The notes under the pieces are model-generated. The model had not been told where the DNA came from. It saw only the letters and a list, made by a program, of their open reading frames with translations, and searched no databases. Shown here piece after piece: positions 41,681-54,315 of a DNA stretch of 64,000 nucleotides (the stretch's first letter is position 1; each line of letters begins with the position of its first letter). The stretch lies in assembly GCF_017348835.2 (NCBI RefSeq), contig NZ_CP071375.1. One strand, 5' to 3'. This stretch comes from Escherichia coli. GTDB lineage: Bacteria; Pseudomonadota; Gammaproteobacteria; Enterobacterales; Enterobacteriaceae. The translations under genes and the position numbers were made by a program.

Positions 41681-43078
41681 TTATTGTTTATCCTGCATAT
41701 ACGGCGTGTACACCCCGTTCAGACTGTGCAGGAAAGCTACGATATCATCCACATCCTCCTGCGGCAGCTCTTTGCCTACCTGATAGCGCAACATCAGTTT
41801 CACCGCCCCGTCCAGCGTCGGCACGTCACCGCGATGGAAGTACGGTGCCGTTAAAGCAACGTTACGTAAACCGGGTACTTTCTGACGCAATTTATCACGC
41901 TCTTCTTTAGTCACATTCATACGACCAATATCCGCCGCCGTAATTTCCCCAAAGTTAAAGTCTTTTTTCAGCCCCAACGGTTCAAAGGAACGTCCGCCGA
42001 GAATAATTCCACCATGACAAGTTGCACATTTATTATCTTTAAATAATTGATAGCCTTTTTTCTGTTGCGCCGTCAGCGCATTCTCATCTCCACGCAACCA
42101 TTTATCAAATGGGGAATCCGGCGTAATTAATGTTTTCTCAAATTCAGCAATGGCATCAGTAATATTTTCGCCACTGAAACCTTGCGGATAGACGTCGAGG
42201 AACTGCGCTTTAAGCTGCGGATCTTTTTCCAGCTTAGCAATAATTTCGTCCCAGGATTTTGACGCCATTTCAATCGGGTTCAACGGCGGTCCACCAGCCT
42301 GATCCTGCAATGTTGCCGCACGACCATCCCAGAACTGCTCAACGTTAAATACTGAATTAAATACCGTCGGCGCGTTAATCGGCCCAACTGCGCCACCAAC
42401 ACCAATCGATGTTTTTCTGCCATCGACGCCCCCCGCATTCAACGCATGGCAATGAGCGCATGAAATGGTGTTATCTGCCGATAAACGGGGATCGTGATAC
42501 AGCGCAAAGCCCAACGCCACTTTTTGCGCATCGGTAGGCAGTTTTTGCGGGATGGGCTGCACCGGTTCATTGCGATGCTCCGGAGCAGTATCATTACTGG
42601 CGTAATATTCTGCGCGCTGTTTTGCAATCCAGGCCAGTATTTCCGCCCGCTCTTCATCACTCACCTTACCCGCCCAGTGAAGCGCGGTATAACGCGTTGG
42701 CGGCATAGTTTCATACTGCATCACCCATTCAATCTTATTCAGATCGCTTTGCGAAACGGGTTTATCAGCCAGCAGAGCAGCACGCACGGCCTCGAGGTTA
42801 AAAGATTTATATCCAAGCTTAATGTCGTAATCCATCAACTGTTTCGCGCCAGGAATATAATAATAGGCGGGTAATTCTGCCGAAGGCGTGTGGCAATAGT
42901 CGCATCCTTTTTCGCGGAGAAAGCCTAAAACCTTATTATTTTCACTGACAGCAGATGCCTGAACATCGGCCTGTTTACTGCGTTTATTATCGTGGTACCA
43001 CACATAACCAGATAACCCTAAATAGCAAATCGCGACGCCAGCCAGGCCGATCGCGGTAATACGTGAGACCATTTTCAT
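41681..43078 (-). CDS. yhjA: Dihaem cytochrome c peroxidase YhjA/Ccp (465 aa)
   Basis: CHTP/CHALN/CATCH haem-binding CxxCH motifs. N-terminal anchor. Confidence 0.9.
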   Translation of the reverse strand: MKMVSRITAIGLAGVAICYLGLSGYVWYHDNKRSKQADVQASAVSENNKVLGFLREKGCDYCHTPSAELPAYYYIPGAKQLMDYDIKLGYKSFNLEAVRAALLADKPVSQSDLNKIEWVMQYETMPPTRYTALHWAGKVSDEERAEILAWIAKQRAEYYASNDTAPEHRNEPVQPIPQKLPTDAQKVALGFALYHDPRLSADNTISCAHCHALNAGGVDGRKTSIGVGGAVGPINAPTVFNSVFNVEQFWDGRAATLQDQAGGPPLNPIEMASKSWDEIIAKLEKDPQLKAQFLDVYPQGFSGENITDAIAEFEKTLITPDSPFDKWLRGDENALTAQQKKGYQLFKDNKCATCHGGIILGGRSFEPLGLKKDFNFGEITAADIGRMNVTKEERDKLRQKVPGLRNVALTAPYFHRGDVPTLDGAVKLMLRYQVGKELPQEDVDDIVAFLHSLNGVYTPYMQDKQ

Positions 43079-43451
43079 TATTCTTCCCTCACGGTGGTGA
43101 GTTATTGTGACCCAGAAAATTTTCCAGAATGCTGCAAACGTCTCTGCGAGACAAAGCCATCATAAAAAACAGGGAGATACACTTTTTGATAGGAATCAAT
43201 CAATTACATGAATATAAACTATCAATAAGATAGCCTGTGCCTATTACCCAGATCAGGAATGGCATATCATGATTGCGGCGAGAGCAGGATTGAATGTTCT
43301 GAAAATGAAAAACAACACGAAATCTGTATTTTTATAAATTCCATTGATATTAGTGCGTTATATTTTTTGACAGGTTAATAAACGTGATCCACCGCACGCT
43401 TTGTCGCCCACCAGGCGGAGCGAATGACTACCCTTAAAGAAAAGCCGATAA

Positions 43452-45131
<1,680 letters not shown>

Positions 45132-45138
45132 TATTTTT

Positions 45139-45168
45139 ACAGCCAGCCGCTAACTTCCTGCTGGCTGT
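45139..45168. terminator. Stem-loop between treF and yhjB (acagccagccgctaacttcctgctggctgt)
   Basis: Perfect inverted repeat. Confidence 0.7.
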
Positions 45169-45181
45169 AAAATTATCCTCT

Positions 45182-45784
45182 TCAGGAGGAGATATTTAAC
45201 ATCATTGCCGCCTGGGTGCGATTTTTCACTTCCAGACGGCGATACAGGGATTCCAGATGCGCTTTTACCGTTCCGGTACTGATATTCAGCGCTCTGCCGA
45301 TCTCCTTATTTGATTCGCCCGCCGCTAACATGGTTAAAATCTCCCGCTGGCGGGCGCTTAACGATTTGAGATCTTTAATGTCCTTTTCCGGCGTCGTCCG
45401 CCAGTCTCCAGGCAGAAACATCATCCCCATCGCCGCACTATTTACCGCCAACGCAAATGTCTCGACGGTTGAATCACGAGGCACAATGGCCAGCACATTA
45501 AAATGGATAACTTCCTGTAACCACCGTTTATTGCAATCCGTCGCCGTAATTAACACCTTAACCTCAGGAAATTGCACCACGGTTTTTTGCAGCAACCAGT
45601 AGCAAAACTCACCATCCTGATCGCCATCGAGCATAACTAAGGCTTCAGGGTAACTTTCCAGCTTTTGCCATAACTCGTCTGCCTGACTGGCCCCCTGAAT
45701 ACTCACTCCTGGAATACGCTGCTGTAAACTGATTTTCATTCCATGAATAAATATTGACTGCCTGTCAAACATGACTATTTGCAT
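45182..45784 (-). CDS. yhjB: LuxR/FixJ-family response-regulator-like protein YhjB (200 aa)
   Basis: C-terminal LuxR HTH (LSARQREILTMLAAGESNKEIGRALNISTGTVKAH). Confidence 0.85.
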   Translation of the reverse strand: MQIVMFDRQSIFIHGMKISLQQRIPGVSIQGASQADELWQKLESYPEALVMLDGDQDGEFCYWLLQKTVVQFPEVKVLITATDCNKRWLQEVIHFNVLAIVPRDSTVETFALAVNSAAMGMMFLPGDWRTTPEKDIKDLKSLSARQREILTMLAAGESNKEIGRALNISTGTVKAHLESLYRRLEVKNRTQAAMMLNISS

Positions 45785-46303
45785 AACTGAATCTCCACCT
45801 GAATACGTTAAAAAGACTTAAGTAGTGGAAGGGTATTACCTGCGAGAAAAAATAAGAATTCGCCATTTGGCGGTGGCCATTCTACAGAGATGACGCGTAG
45901 AAAATAGTTACCGATATAAATAGTTACAGCTAAACGCCTGAAATTACATGTCGAGGGCACTATTTAAAATAATTTTGAGGATTTCCTTATATTGATGGTT
46001 AGTACGCATGCAATTAAAAATGAAATTCCGCGACCACAAGCCAAAATAACAAACGGCAATGAGACAAAAATAAGCACAAATAGCCAATACGTCCTCTATT
46101 CACTTTAAAGGGAATCGCTGAAAAATACGCTCTGTTTAAGGGGATTCACCTTTCTCAGAAAGCTATTCCGCCCTTTTCCTGCTGAGAAATCGCCACATTC
46201 GTCATGACAACATTGTGAAACCCGGCATTAGATGTTAGAAAAAACAATAAACAATGCGATATGCGCGTTACTGTTTCGCTGTGAACAACAATCGGTCAAA
46301 GAA

Positions 46304-47203
46304 ATGGATAAAATTCACGCAATGCAGTTGTTCATCAAAGTCGCGGAGCTGGAAAGTTTTTCCCGCGCGGCGGATTTCTTTGCTTTGCCAAAGGGAAGTG
46401 TTTCGCGCCAGATACAGGCACTGGAACATCAACTTGGCACCCAGCTTCTCCAGCGCACCACGCGACGGGTCAAACTCACGCCAGAAGGCATGACCTATTA
46501 TCAACGGGCAAAAGATGTGTTGAGTAATCTCAGCGAACTGGACGGTCTGTTTCAACAGGATGCCACCAGTATCAGCGGTAAATTACGCATCGACATCCCG
46601 CCAGGAATCGCGAAAAGCCTGTTACTGCCGCGCCTGTCGGAATTTCTCTATCAGCATCCGGGAATTGAGCTGGAACTGAGTAGCCATGACCGTCCGGTAG
46701 ATATTCTTCATGATGGTTTTGATTGCGTGATACGCACTGGCGCGTTACCGGAAGATGGCGTTATCGCCCGTCCCCTCGGCAAACTGACCATGGTCAACTG
46801 TGCCAGTCCGCACTATCTGACGCGCTTTGGTTATCCGCAAAGCCCCGATGATCTGACTTCACACGCAATAGTGCGTTATACACCGCACCTGGGTGTACAT
46901 CCGTTAGGTTTTGAGGTTGCCAGCGTTAATGGCGTCCAGTGGTTTAAGTCTGGCGGCATGTTGACGGTAAACAGTAGCGAAAACTATCTCGCCGCCGGTC
47001 TTGCCGGTCTGGGGATTATTCAGATCCCGCGCATTGCCGTGCGCGAAGCCCTGCGTGCCGGGCGGCTTATTGAAGTGTTGCCAGGCTACCGTGCCGAGCC
47101 GCTCTCCCTTTCGCTGGTTTATCCGCAGCGTCGGGAGCTTTCCCGGCGTGTAAACCTGTTTATGCAGTGGCTGGCTGGCGTAATGAAAGAGTACCTGGAC
47201 TGA
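46304..47203 (+). CDS. yhjC: LysR-family regulator YhjC (299 aa)
   Basis: MDKIHAMQLFIKVAELESFSRAADFFALPKGSVSRQIQALE is a LysR HTH. Confidence 0.85.
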   Translation: MDKIHAMQLFIKVAELESFSRAADFFALPKGSVSRQIQALEHQLGTQLLQRTTRRVKLTPEGMTYYQRAKDVLSNLSELDGLFQQDATSISGKLRIDIPPGIAKSLLLPRLSEFLYQHPGIELELSSHDRPVDILHDGFDCVIRTGALPEDGVIARPLGKLTMVNCASPHYLTRFGYPQSPDDLTSHAIVRYTPHLGVHPLGFEVASVNGVQWFKSGGMLTVNSSENYLAAGLAGLGIIQIPRIAVREALRAGRLIEVLPGYRAEPLSLSLVYPQRRELSRRVNLFMQWLAGVMKEYLD

Positions 47204-47251
47204 CCGACTATACTTTTTAAGAATGACCACGACAGAAGGACAAAAGAGCGG

Positions 47252-48265
47252 ATGACGCAGGAAAACGAGATCAAACGTCCCACCCAGGATCTGGAGCACG
47301 AGCCGATTAAGCCGTTGGATAATAGCGAGAAAGGCGGCAAAGTTAGCCAGGCGCTGGAAACCGTCACCACCACTGCCGAAAAAGTCCAACGCCAACCAAT
47401 TATTGCGCACCTTATTCGCGCGACAGAACGCTTTAACGATCGGCTGGGTAACCAGTTTGGTGCGGCTATCACCTATTTCTCATTTTTGTCGATGATCCCG
47501 ATTTTGATGGTGTCGTTTGCCGCAGGGGGCTTTGTACTGGCCTCCCATCCGATGTTGCTACAGGATATCTTCGACAAAATTCTGCAAAACATCAGCGATC
47601 CGACGCTAGCCGCCACGTTGAAAAACACCATCAACACCGCCGTTCAGCAGCGTACGACTGTAGGGCTTGTCGGCCTGGCGGTGGCGCTTTATTCCGGCAT
47701 CAACTGGATGGGTAACCTGCGTGAAGCGATTCGCGCCCAGTCGCGCGATGTCTGGGAACGCTCGCCGCAAGATCAGGAGAAGTTCTGGGTAAAATATCTG
47801 CGTGATTTTATTTCGCTGATTGGTTTGTTGATTGCGCTGATTGTGACGCTTTCGATCACCTCGGTTGCCGGTTCGGCGCAGCAAATGATTATTAGCGCCC
47901 TGCACCTGAACAGCATTGAGTGGCTGAAACCGACGTGGCGGTTGATTGGCCTGGCGATTTCCATCTTCGCCAACTATCTGCTTTTCTTCTGGATCTTCTG
48001 GCGGTTGCCGCGCCACCGTCCGCGCAGAAAAGCCCTGATTCGCGGAACATTTCTGGCTGCTATTGGTTTTGAAGTGATTAAAATCGTGATGACCTACACC
48101 TTGCCATCGTTGATGAAATCCCCCTCTGGCGCAGCATTTGGTTCCGTGCTGGGGCTGATGGCATTTTTCTACTTCTTCGCCCGTTTGACGCTGTTTTGCG
48201 CGGCGTGGATTGCCACCGCCGAATATAAAGACGACCCGCGAATGCCGGGGAAAACGCAGCCTTAA
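47252..48265 (+). CDS. yhjD: YihY/virulence-factor-BrkB-family inner membrane protein YhjD (337 aa)
   Basis: 337-aa multi-TM ORF. Synteny supports the call. Confidence 0.85.
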   Translation: MTQENEIKRPTQDLEHEPIKPLDNSEKGGKVSQALETVTTTAEKVQRQPIIAHLIRATERFNDRLGNQFGAAITYFSFLSMIPILMVSFAAGGFVLASHPMLLQDIFDKILQNISDPTLAATLKNTINTAVQQRTTVGLVGLAVALYSGINWMGNLREAIRAQSRDVWERSPQDQEKFWVKYLRDFISLIGLLIALIVTLSITSVAGSAQQMIISALHLNSIEWLKPTWRLIGLAISIFANYLLFFWIFWRLPRHRPRRKALIRGTFLAAIGFEVIKIVMTYTLPSLMKSPSGAAFGSVLGLMAFFYFFARLTLFCAAWIATAEYKDDPRMPGKTQP

Positions 48266-48270
48266 AATAG

Positions 48271-48345
48271 GCCGGATGCGGCGTACGAATTTATTCGGCC
48301 TGGCTCCCCGTAGGCCGGATAAGATGCGCCAGCATCGCATCCGGC
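48271..48345. repeat. REP/BIME pair after yhjD
   Basis: gccggatgcggcgtacg...gtaggccggataagatgcgccagcatcgcatccggc. Confidence 0.8.
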
Positions 48346-48657
48346 TATAATGCGCACATAACCTCTTGAAACTCTTCCCCAGAGCCTCTTCAGCCATCTA
48401 TTTGGGAGCAAACAATTTCATGCCAACTCATAACCCCAGCATATAAATCCAGTTGGTAACTTTTATTTAACCTGAAACCAGTTTTATCCACCATTTATAA
48501 AATTATGTGAAGCATTTCATAGAAGAAAAATCACTGGCCTAAACATTATCCCCTTTTTGCCTTATTTTTGACCATTTCCGCGATTTGTTACACATTGAAA
48601 TATCACTTTTGCTGTGCGTAATATGGCTATTCGTTAGCCAAAAAATAAGAAAAGATT

Positions 48658-49980
48658 ATGCAAGCAACAGCCACAACACTCGACCACGAGCAAGAATACA
48701 CGCCGATCAACTCGCGTAATAAAGTCCTTGTCGCCTCTCTCATTGGCACGGCCATTGAGTTCTTCGACTTTTACATTTACGCCACTGCGGCCGTTATTGT
48801 GTTTCCGCATATCTTCTTCCCGCAGGGCGATCCTACGGCAGCAACGCTACAGTCGCTCGCCACCTTCGCCATCGCCTTCGTCGCGCGCCCCATTGGCTCT
48901 GCCGTATTTGGTCATTTTGGCGATCGCGTTGGGCGTAAAGCGACGCTGGTCGCCTCGTTGCTAACGATGGGGATTTCGACCGTGGTGATTGGTCTGCTGC
49001 CGGGCTATGCCACGATTGGTATTTTCGCCCCGCTGCTGCTGGCGCTGGCTCGATTTGGTCAGGGTCTGGGCTTAGGCGGTGAATGGGGCGGCGCGGCGCT
49101 GCTGGCGACTGAAAACGCCCCACCGCGCAAACGTGCACTGTATGGCTCCTTCCCACAGCTGGGCGCACCGATTGGCTTCTTCTTTGCCAACGGCACTTTC
49201 TTGCTGCTTTCCTGGCTACTGACCGATGAGCAGTTTATGAGCTGGGGCTGGCGTGTGCCATTTATCTTCTCGGCGGTGCTGGTCATTATCGGCCTGTATG
49301 TTCGCGTGTCGCTGCATGAGTCGCCGGTGTTTGAGAAAGTCGCTAAAGCGAAAAAACAGGTGAAGATCCCGCTGGGTACGCTGCTGACCAAACATGTTCG
49401 CGTAACCGTACTGGGTACGTTCATTATGCTGGCAACCTATACGCTGTTTTACATCATGACGGTCTACTCTATGACCTTCAGTACCGCCGCCGCGCCAGTT
49501 GGGCTTGGCCTGCCGCGTAACGAAGTGTTGTGGATGCTGATGATGGCAGTTATTGGTTTTGGCGTGATGGTGCCAGTCGCCGGATTACTGGCTGATGCCT
49601 TTGGTCGCCGTAAAAGCATGGTAATTATCACCACGCTGATCATTCTGTTCGCGCTGTTCGCCTTTAACCCGCTGCTCGGTTCTGGCAACCCGATTCTGGT
49701 TTTTGCCTTCCTGCTGCTGGGGTTAAGTCTGATGGGTCTGACCTTCGGGCCAATGGGTGCGCTGTTACCAGAGCTGTTTCCGACAGAAGTGCGTTACACC
49801 GGAGCATCGTTCTCTTACAACGTAGCGTCGATTCTCGGGGCTTCCGTTGCGCCGTATATCGCAGCCTGGTTGCAGACTAACTACGGGTTAGGTGCGGTGG
49901 GGTTATATCTGGCGGCGATGGCTGGCTTGACGTTAATCGCCCTGCTGCTGACCCATGAGACGCGACATCAGTCGTTGTAA
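48658..49980 (+). CDS. yhjE: MFS transporter YhjE (440 aa, metabolite:H+ symporter family)
   Basis: MFS motif GHFGDRVGRK. 12 predicted TM helices. Confidence 0.9.
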   Translation: MQATATTLDHEQEYTPINSRNKVLVASLIGTAIEFFDFYIYATAAVIVFPHIFFPQGDPTAATLQSLATFAIAFVARPIGSAVFGHFGDRVGRKATLVASLLTMGISTVVIGLLPGYATIGIFAPLLLALARFGQGLGLGGEWGGAALLATENAPPRKRALYGSFPQLGAPIGFFFANGTFLLLSWLLTDEQFMSWGWRVPFIFSAVLVIIGLYVRVSLHESPVFEKVAKAKKQVKIPLGTLLTKHVRVTVLGTFIMLATYTLFYIMTVYSMTFSTAAAPVGLGLPRNEVLWMLMMAVIGFGVMVPVAGLLADAFGRRKSMVIITTLIILFALFAFNPLLGSGNPILVFAFLLLGLSLMGLTFGPMGALLPELFPTEVRYTGASFSYNVASILGASVAPYIAAWLQTNYGLGAVGLYLAAMAGLTLIALLLTHETRHQSL

Positions 49981-49992
49981 TAAGAGTGAAAA

Positions 49993-50090
49993 GCCTGATG
50001 CGCTACGTTTATCAGGCCTGAATTTCCATACAATATATTGAATTCGCAAGGATTTGTAGGCCGGATAAGGCGTTCACGCCGCATCCGGCA
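49993..50090. repeat. REP/BIME elements between yhjE and yhjG
   Basis: gcctgatgcgctacgtttatcaggcc and gtaggccggataaggcgttcacgccgcatccggca. Confidence 0.8.
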
Positions 50091-50128
50091 TGAACAAAGC
50101 ACACTTTGCCAACAATCTAAATCTGTTT

Positions 50129-50157
50129 AATTGCCGGATGTCAGACATCCGGCAATT
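50129..50157. terminator. yhjG terminator (aattgccggatgtcagacatccggcaatt)
   Basis: Perfect inverted repeat directly after the yhjG stop on the minus strand. Confidence 0.7.
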
Positions 50158-50161
50158 ATCA

Positions 50162-52222
50162 TCACTTCTTCATCTGCGACAAAATTGTCCGACACTGATT
50201 AGCCTCCCCTTCGGAAGGTGAGATCAGCGCCAGTAACGCCGCCGCCGGTGTTACCAGCGTTGCCAGTGCCGCAGCAACAGCACCACGGGCAATCAGCGGT
50301 CCGGCTTTCACTCCAGCCTGCGGATTTTTAAACGTCCCACGCACATACAGCGGCGAACGCAGTGTGATAATCCGAATTCCTTTACTCTCCGGATCAATAG
50401 TCAAATCCAGCTGTTCCGAAGCAAAACTTGCCGTGCCGGTAACGTTAATCAACGCGTTCTCAGTATCGAAAGCAAAAATCTGCGGGCGCGCCACGCCGTT
50501 GGCAATATTCAGATTCGCCGCCGCGCAGTTCACCCGCACCTCATCGTCACCAAATATCGCACCGACAATGTAGTTGCCGACATTCAGCCCAACAATCTCC
50601 ATCAGGTTGCGGCTCACCAGCCCGTCATTCATCAACAGTTTCAGGTTGCCGTTACTGTTGCCTAAAAGCGCCGCCACCGAGTTACCGCTACCGCGTAGTT
50701 CCGCGTCACCGTTCATTTCCCCCAGCGTCTTCTGCATCAGTTCCACATCGGGCATCAGTTCTTTCAGTTTCAGTCGACGAGCCTGAATATCTGCCCGCCC
50801 CTGCATCGGCTTTTTATCGCCTTCCAGATGAATATTCGCCGCAATGCTGCCGCCCGCCATGCCAAATTTCAGCGGTTGCAGGCGCAGGTCAGCATTTTTG
50901 AGGATGATATGAGTAGAAAGATCGCTAATCGGCAGGCTACTGCCATGCTCAATGCGCCGCCCTTTGAAGCGAACATCGGCATCCATGACATCCCATTTAT
51001 CGGTTTCGAAGCGGTCATAAGGCAGCACTTTGCCCGCAGGCTGAACGCTTTTTTCGCCCTTCTTCTGTTCAGACCGTTTCGACTTGTCTGCCCCTTTCCC
51101 GGAATCAACGCCAATCAACGGTCCCAGGTCCGCCAGCCGCAATTGCCGCGACTCGACATCACCTTCCAGTTTTGGTCGTGGCTTGCCGGTGGTGTAGACC
51201 AGAGAACCGTGGATATCGCTATCGCCAATTCGCCCATTAAAGCCGCGATAATCAAAGACCGACGATTTTTCAGTGTCGATTTTCGCTACCAGCCGACCAT
51301 CCGTTTCAAACGGCGGGGTATCGGGCAGCAGAACGCCCGTCAGTTCATAGAGATCACCCAGTGAATCGCCAGAAAATTTAAGCCGTAAATCGACACCGCC
51401 CATCTTCATTGGGTCATTCACGACGCCATCAAAAGCAACACGGGTATTACCTGAACGGAAATCAGCCTGTACCGGAAACGGCGTCCCTTCGCCACGCAGC
51501 GCCAGCATACCGCCTATTTTTCCCGTACCAGTGAGCGGTTCACCGTTATAACGTCCCTGCGCCTTCAGGCCAAAAACGTAATCGCCCACCTTTTCTTTAT
51601 CCGCTTTACCTTTCGATCCAGTAACTTCGCTGAACGGCAGCGGCTTGCCTAAGGGATCAACAAAAATCTCCAGATCCGCTTTGCTTACTTTGTCATCAAT
51701 GGCGATCCGCCCTTGATCGAAAAGAATATTATCCAGCCGAAACGACCATGCCGACGGCTTTGCATTCGCGTCTTTGTTATCATCGTTGGCGAGATTAAAC
51801 GTCCAGTTATTGTTCTTTTCAGAGAGGCGAATCAGGCGCGCGTCGGGCTTTTCGAGCTTGATCCACGGCAGCCAGACCGTTTTGGTCAGCAGCGCCAGCG
51901 GGGCCAGCGTTGCTTCTACGCGTGGCAAATGCACCATCGTGACTTCGGGAATATCCGGTGGATTGCCAAGAATGATGTCTTCCGCGTGTACATGGGGCCA
52001 CGGCACCCAGCTGCGCCAGCCAGTTTCTTGTTTTTGCCGCTCCCACACCACGCCCAGATCGCCACGGATAGCGAACGGACGATTCAACTCCACAGAGACT
52101 TTCTGGTTGATGGTCGGTTTGAGTCGATTCCAGTCAAAAGTTGCAATCAAAATGATCGCCACGACAATCAACAACAAGAAAGCCCCTGAAATCGCAGCGG
52201 TTATTTTGCCTGCCTTGCTCAT
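50162..52222 (-). CDS. yhjG: AsmA-family protein YhjG (686 aa)
   Basis: MSKAGKITAAISGAFLLLIVVAIIL... N-terminal anchor, AsmA-like. Confidence 0.85.
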   Translation of the reverse strand: MSKAGKITAAISGAFLLLIVVAIILIATFDWNRLKPTINQKVSVELNRPFAIRGDLGVVWERQKQETGWRSWVPWPHVHAEDIILGNPPDIPEVTMVHLPRVEATLAPLALLTKTVWLPWIKLEKPDARLIRLSEKNNNWTFNLANDDNKDANAKPSAWSFRLDNILFDQGRIAIDDKVSKADLEIFVDPLGKPLPFSEVTGSKGKADKEKVGDYVFGLKAQGRYNGEPLTGTGKIGGMLALRGEGTPFPVQADFRSGNTRVAFDGVVNDPMKMGGVDLRLKFSGDSLGDLYELTGVLLPDTPPFETDGRLVAKIDTEKSSVFDYRGFNGRIGDSDIHGSLVYTTGKPRPKLEGDVESRQLRLADLGPLIGVDSGKGADKSKRSEQKKGEKSVQPAGKVLPYDRFETDKWDVMDADVRFKGRRIEHGSSLPISDLSTHIILKNADLRLQPLKFGMAGGSIAANIHLEGDKKPMQGRADIQARRLKLKELMPDVELMQKTLGEMNGDAELRGSGNSVAALLGNSNGNLKLLMNDGLVSRNLMEIVGLNVGNYIVGAIFGDDEVRVNCAAANLNIANGVARPQIFAFDTENALINVTGTASFASEQLDLTIDPESKGIRIITLRSPLYVRGTFKNPQAGVKAGPLIARGAVAAALATLVTPAAALLALISPSEGEANQCRTILSQMKK

Positions 52223-52291
52223 CGTTCGCTTCCTCATATTCTTCCTGTGCCAGTCCTAAAGATAGTCCAGCCAGGCGGAAAATGAGGCAGC

Positions 52292-53059
52292 TTATAGCGC
52301 CAGAACCGCCGTATTCAGCGTTTCTATCGGTGCCGGGCGTGAAAGAAACCAGCCTTGTGCGGCGAATGCGGGCGAGTTCTGAACATCACGCCACTCTTCC
52401 GGCGTTTCTACGCCCTCGACAATCACCCCGCGACAATAGCGATTCATTAGATGTAAAAGCTGAGAAAAGAGTGTGCGTCCTTCCGGCGACTGACGCAGCA
52501 TCACAAACAGTTCTCGCGCGATTTTGATGTAGTCATAACGCACTTCACTTAGTGCAGAGAAATTTGCCATCCCGGTACCAAAATCATCCAGCCACAGCGG
52601 GCCAAATTCACACATCGAGGCAAAGGTTGAATCTTTCGGCAGACGGATATGCTCCACCAGTTCGAAACGCAGCCAGGGAAGACGCTCAATCTGGCACAGG
52701 ATTTTTGGTTGCTGACGCAGGGCGATGAGCGTAGGGCCATCAATATTGACCGATGCCAGCAGGCCGTGCTCTACAAAGAAGTCGGCTTTTTGCGCCAGCA
52801 AATCAATCTGCTCTTTCACAACCTCCATCCGATGGCTAACGGTGATTTCAGTAAAATAGCGATCCGGCGGCAGGCGTTGCGAAGGGTTCAAGGGATGCGT
52901 GACCGCAGTTAATAGCTCCACGGCCATTAACCGCCCGCATGTTTGATAGATCGGCTGCCAGGTGTAAGCACGCTCACACTGCAACCAAAAACGCCGTTCC
53001 TGCAAGCTCTCGATGCTTGCTTCAGGGTTGCTTATTCGCTGGATAACCTGCCTTATCAT
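52292..53059 (-). CDS. pdeH: c-di-GMP phosphodiesterase PdeH/YhjH (EAL domain, 255 aa)
   Basis: MIRQVIQRISNPEASIESLQERRFWLQCERAYTWQPIYQTCGRLMAVELLTAV contains the EAL motif as ELL. Confidence 0.9.
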   Translation of the reverse strand: MIRQVIQRISNPEASIESLQERRFWLQCERAYTWQPIYQTCGRLMAVELLTAVTHPLNPSQRLPPDRYFTEITVSHRMEVVKEQIDLLAQKADFFVEHGLLASVNIDGPTLIALRQQPKILCQIERLPWLRFELVEHIRLPKDSTFASMCEFGPLWLDDFGTGMANFSALSEVRYDYIKIARELFVMLRQSPEGRTLFSQLLHLMNRYCRGVIVEGVETPEEWRDVQNSPAFAAQGWFLSRPAPIETLNTAVLAL

Positions 53060-53290
53060 CAAAGATGTCCTGTGTTTAAAAGTGATGCAGCCCGGACTCG
53101 ACAAAGATTATCGGCGCGCAAGGGCAGAACTTTACCGCCTGGCCGGGGTAAATTTCCCCACTCCACAACGGAATCTTTCAGGAATACGTTCTGGCTCAAA
53201 AAAATAATGGAACACTGTTTTAATATGGTTGACCAGCAAACCACCACAGCGCAAACTAACGCTAATTTTTTACAGATCAGGTTCACGACT

Positions 53291-54220
53291 ATGTCCAAAA
53301 AGATTGCCGTGATTGGCGAATGCATGATTGAGCTTTCCGAGAAAGGCGCGGACGTTAAGCGCGGTTTCGGCGGCGATACCCTGAACACTTCCGTCTATAT
53401 CGCCCGTCAGGTCGATCCTGCGGCATTAACCGTTCATTACGTAACGGCGCTGGGAACGGACAGTTTTAGCCAGCAAATGCTGGACGCCTGGCACGGCGAG
53501 AACGTTGATACTTCCCTGACCCAACGGATGGAAAACCGTCTGCCGGGCCTTTACTACATTGAAACCGACAGCACCGGTGAACGTACGTTCTACTACTGGC
53601 GTAACGAAGCCGCTGCCAAATTCTGGCTGGAGAGCGAGCAGTCTGCGGCGATTTGTGCAGAGCTGGCGAATTTCGATTATCTCTACCTGAGCGGGATTAG
53701 CCTGGCGATCTTAAGCCCGACCAGCCGCGAAAAGCTGCTTTCCCTGCTGCGCGAATGCCGCGCCAACGGCGGAAAAGTGATTTTCGACAATAACTATCGT
53801 CCGCGCCTGTGGGCCAGCAAAGAAGAGACACAGCAGGTGTACCAACAAATGCTGGAATGCACGGATATCGCCTTCCTGACGCTGGACGATGAAGACGCGC
53901 TGTGGGGTCAACAGCCGGTGGAAGACGTCATTGCGCGCACCCATAACGCGGGCGTGAAAGAAGTGGTGGTGAAACGCGGGGCGGATTCTTGCCTGGTGTC
54001 CATTGCTGGCGAAGGGTTAGTGGATGTTCCGGCGGTGAAACTGCCGAAAGAAAAAGTGATCGATACCACCGCAGCTGGCGACTCTTTCAGTGCCGGTTAT
54101 CTGGCGGTACGTTTGACGGGCGGCAGTGCGGAAGACGCGGCGAAACGCGGGCACCTGACCGCAAGTACCGTTATTCAGTATCGCGGCGCGATTATCCCGC
54201 GTGAGGCGATGCCAGCGTAA
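53291..54220 (+). CDS. kdgK: 2-dehydro-3-deoxygluconokinase KdgK (309 aa, PfkB family)
   Basis: MSKKIAVIGECMIELSE... with the C-terminal PfkB motif DTTAAGDSF. The long 425-aa ORF is an upstream in-frame extension. Confidence 0.9.
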   Translation: MSKKIAVIGECMIELSEKGADVKRGFGGDTLNTSVYIARQVDPAALTVHYVTALGTDSFSQQMLDAWHGENVDTSLTQRMENRLPGLYYIETDSTGERTFYYWRNEAAAKFWLESEQSAAICAELANFDYLYLSGISLAILSPTSREKLLSLLRECRANGGKVIFDNNYRPRLWASKEETQQVYQQMLECTDIAFLTLDDEDALWGQQPVEDVIARTHNAGVKEVVVKRGADSCLVSIAGEGLVDVPAVKLPKEKVIDTTAAGDSFSAGYLAVRLTGGSAEDAAKRGHLTASTVIQYRGAIIPREAMPA

Positions 54221-54315
54221 ACGCAGCATATGCAAAAGGCTGGATAAAGTGTTACCCCTCTATCCAGCTCATCCATAAATACCTGATGGTTGTGCTAACT
54301 CATCACCATTAGGCA

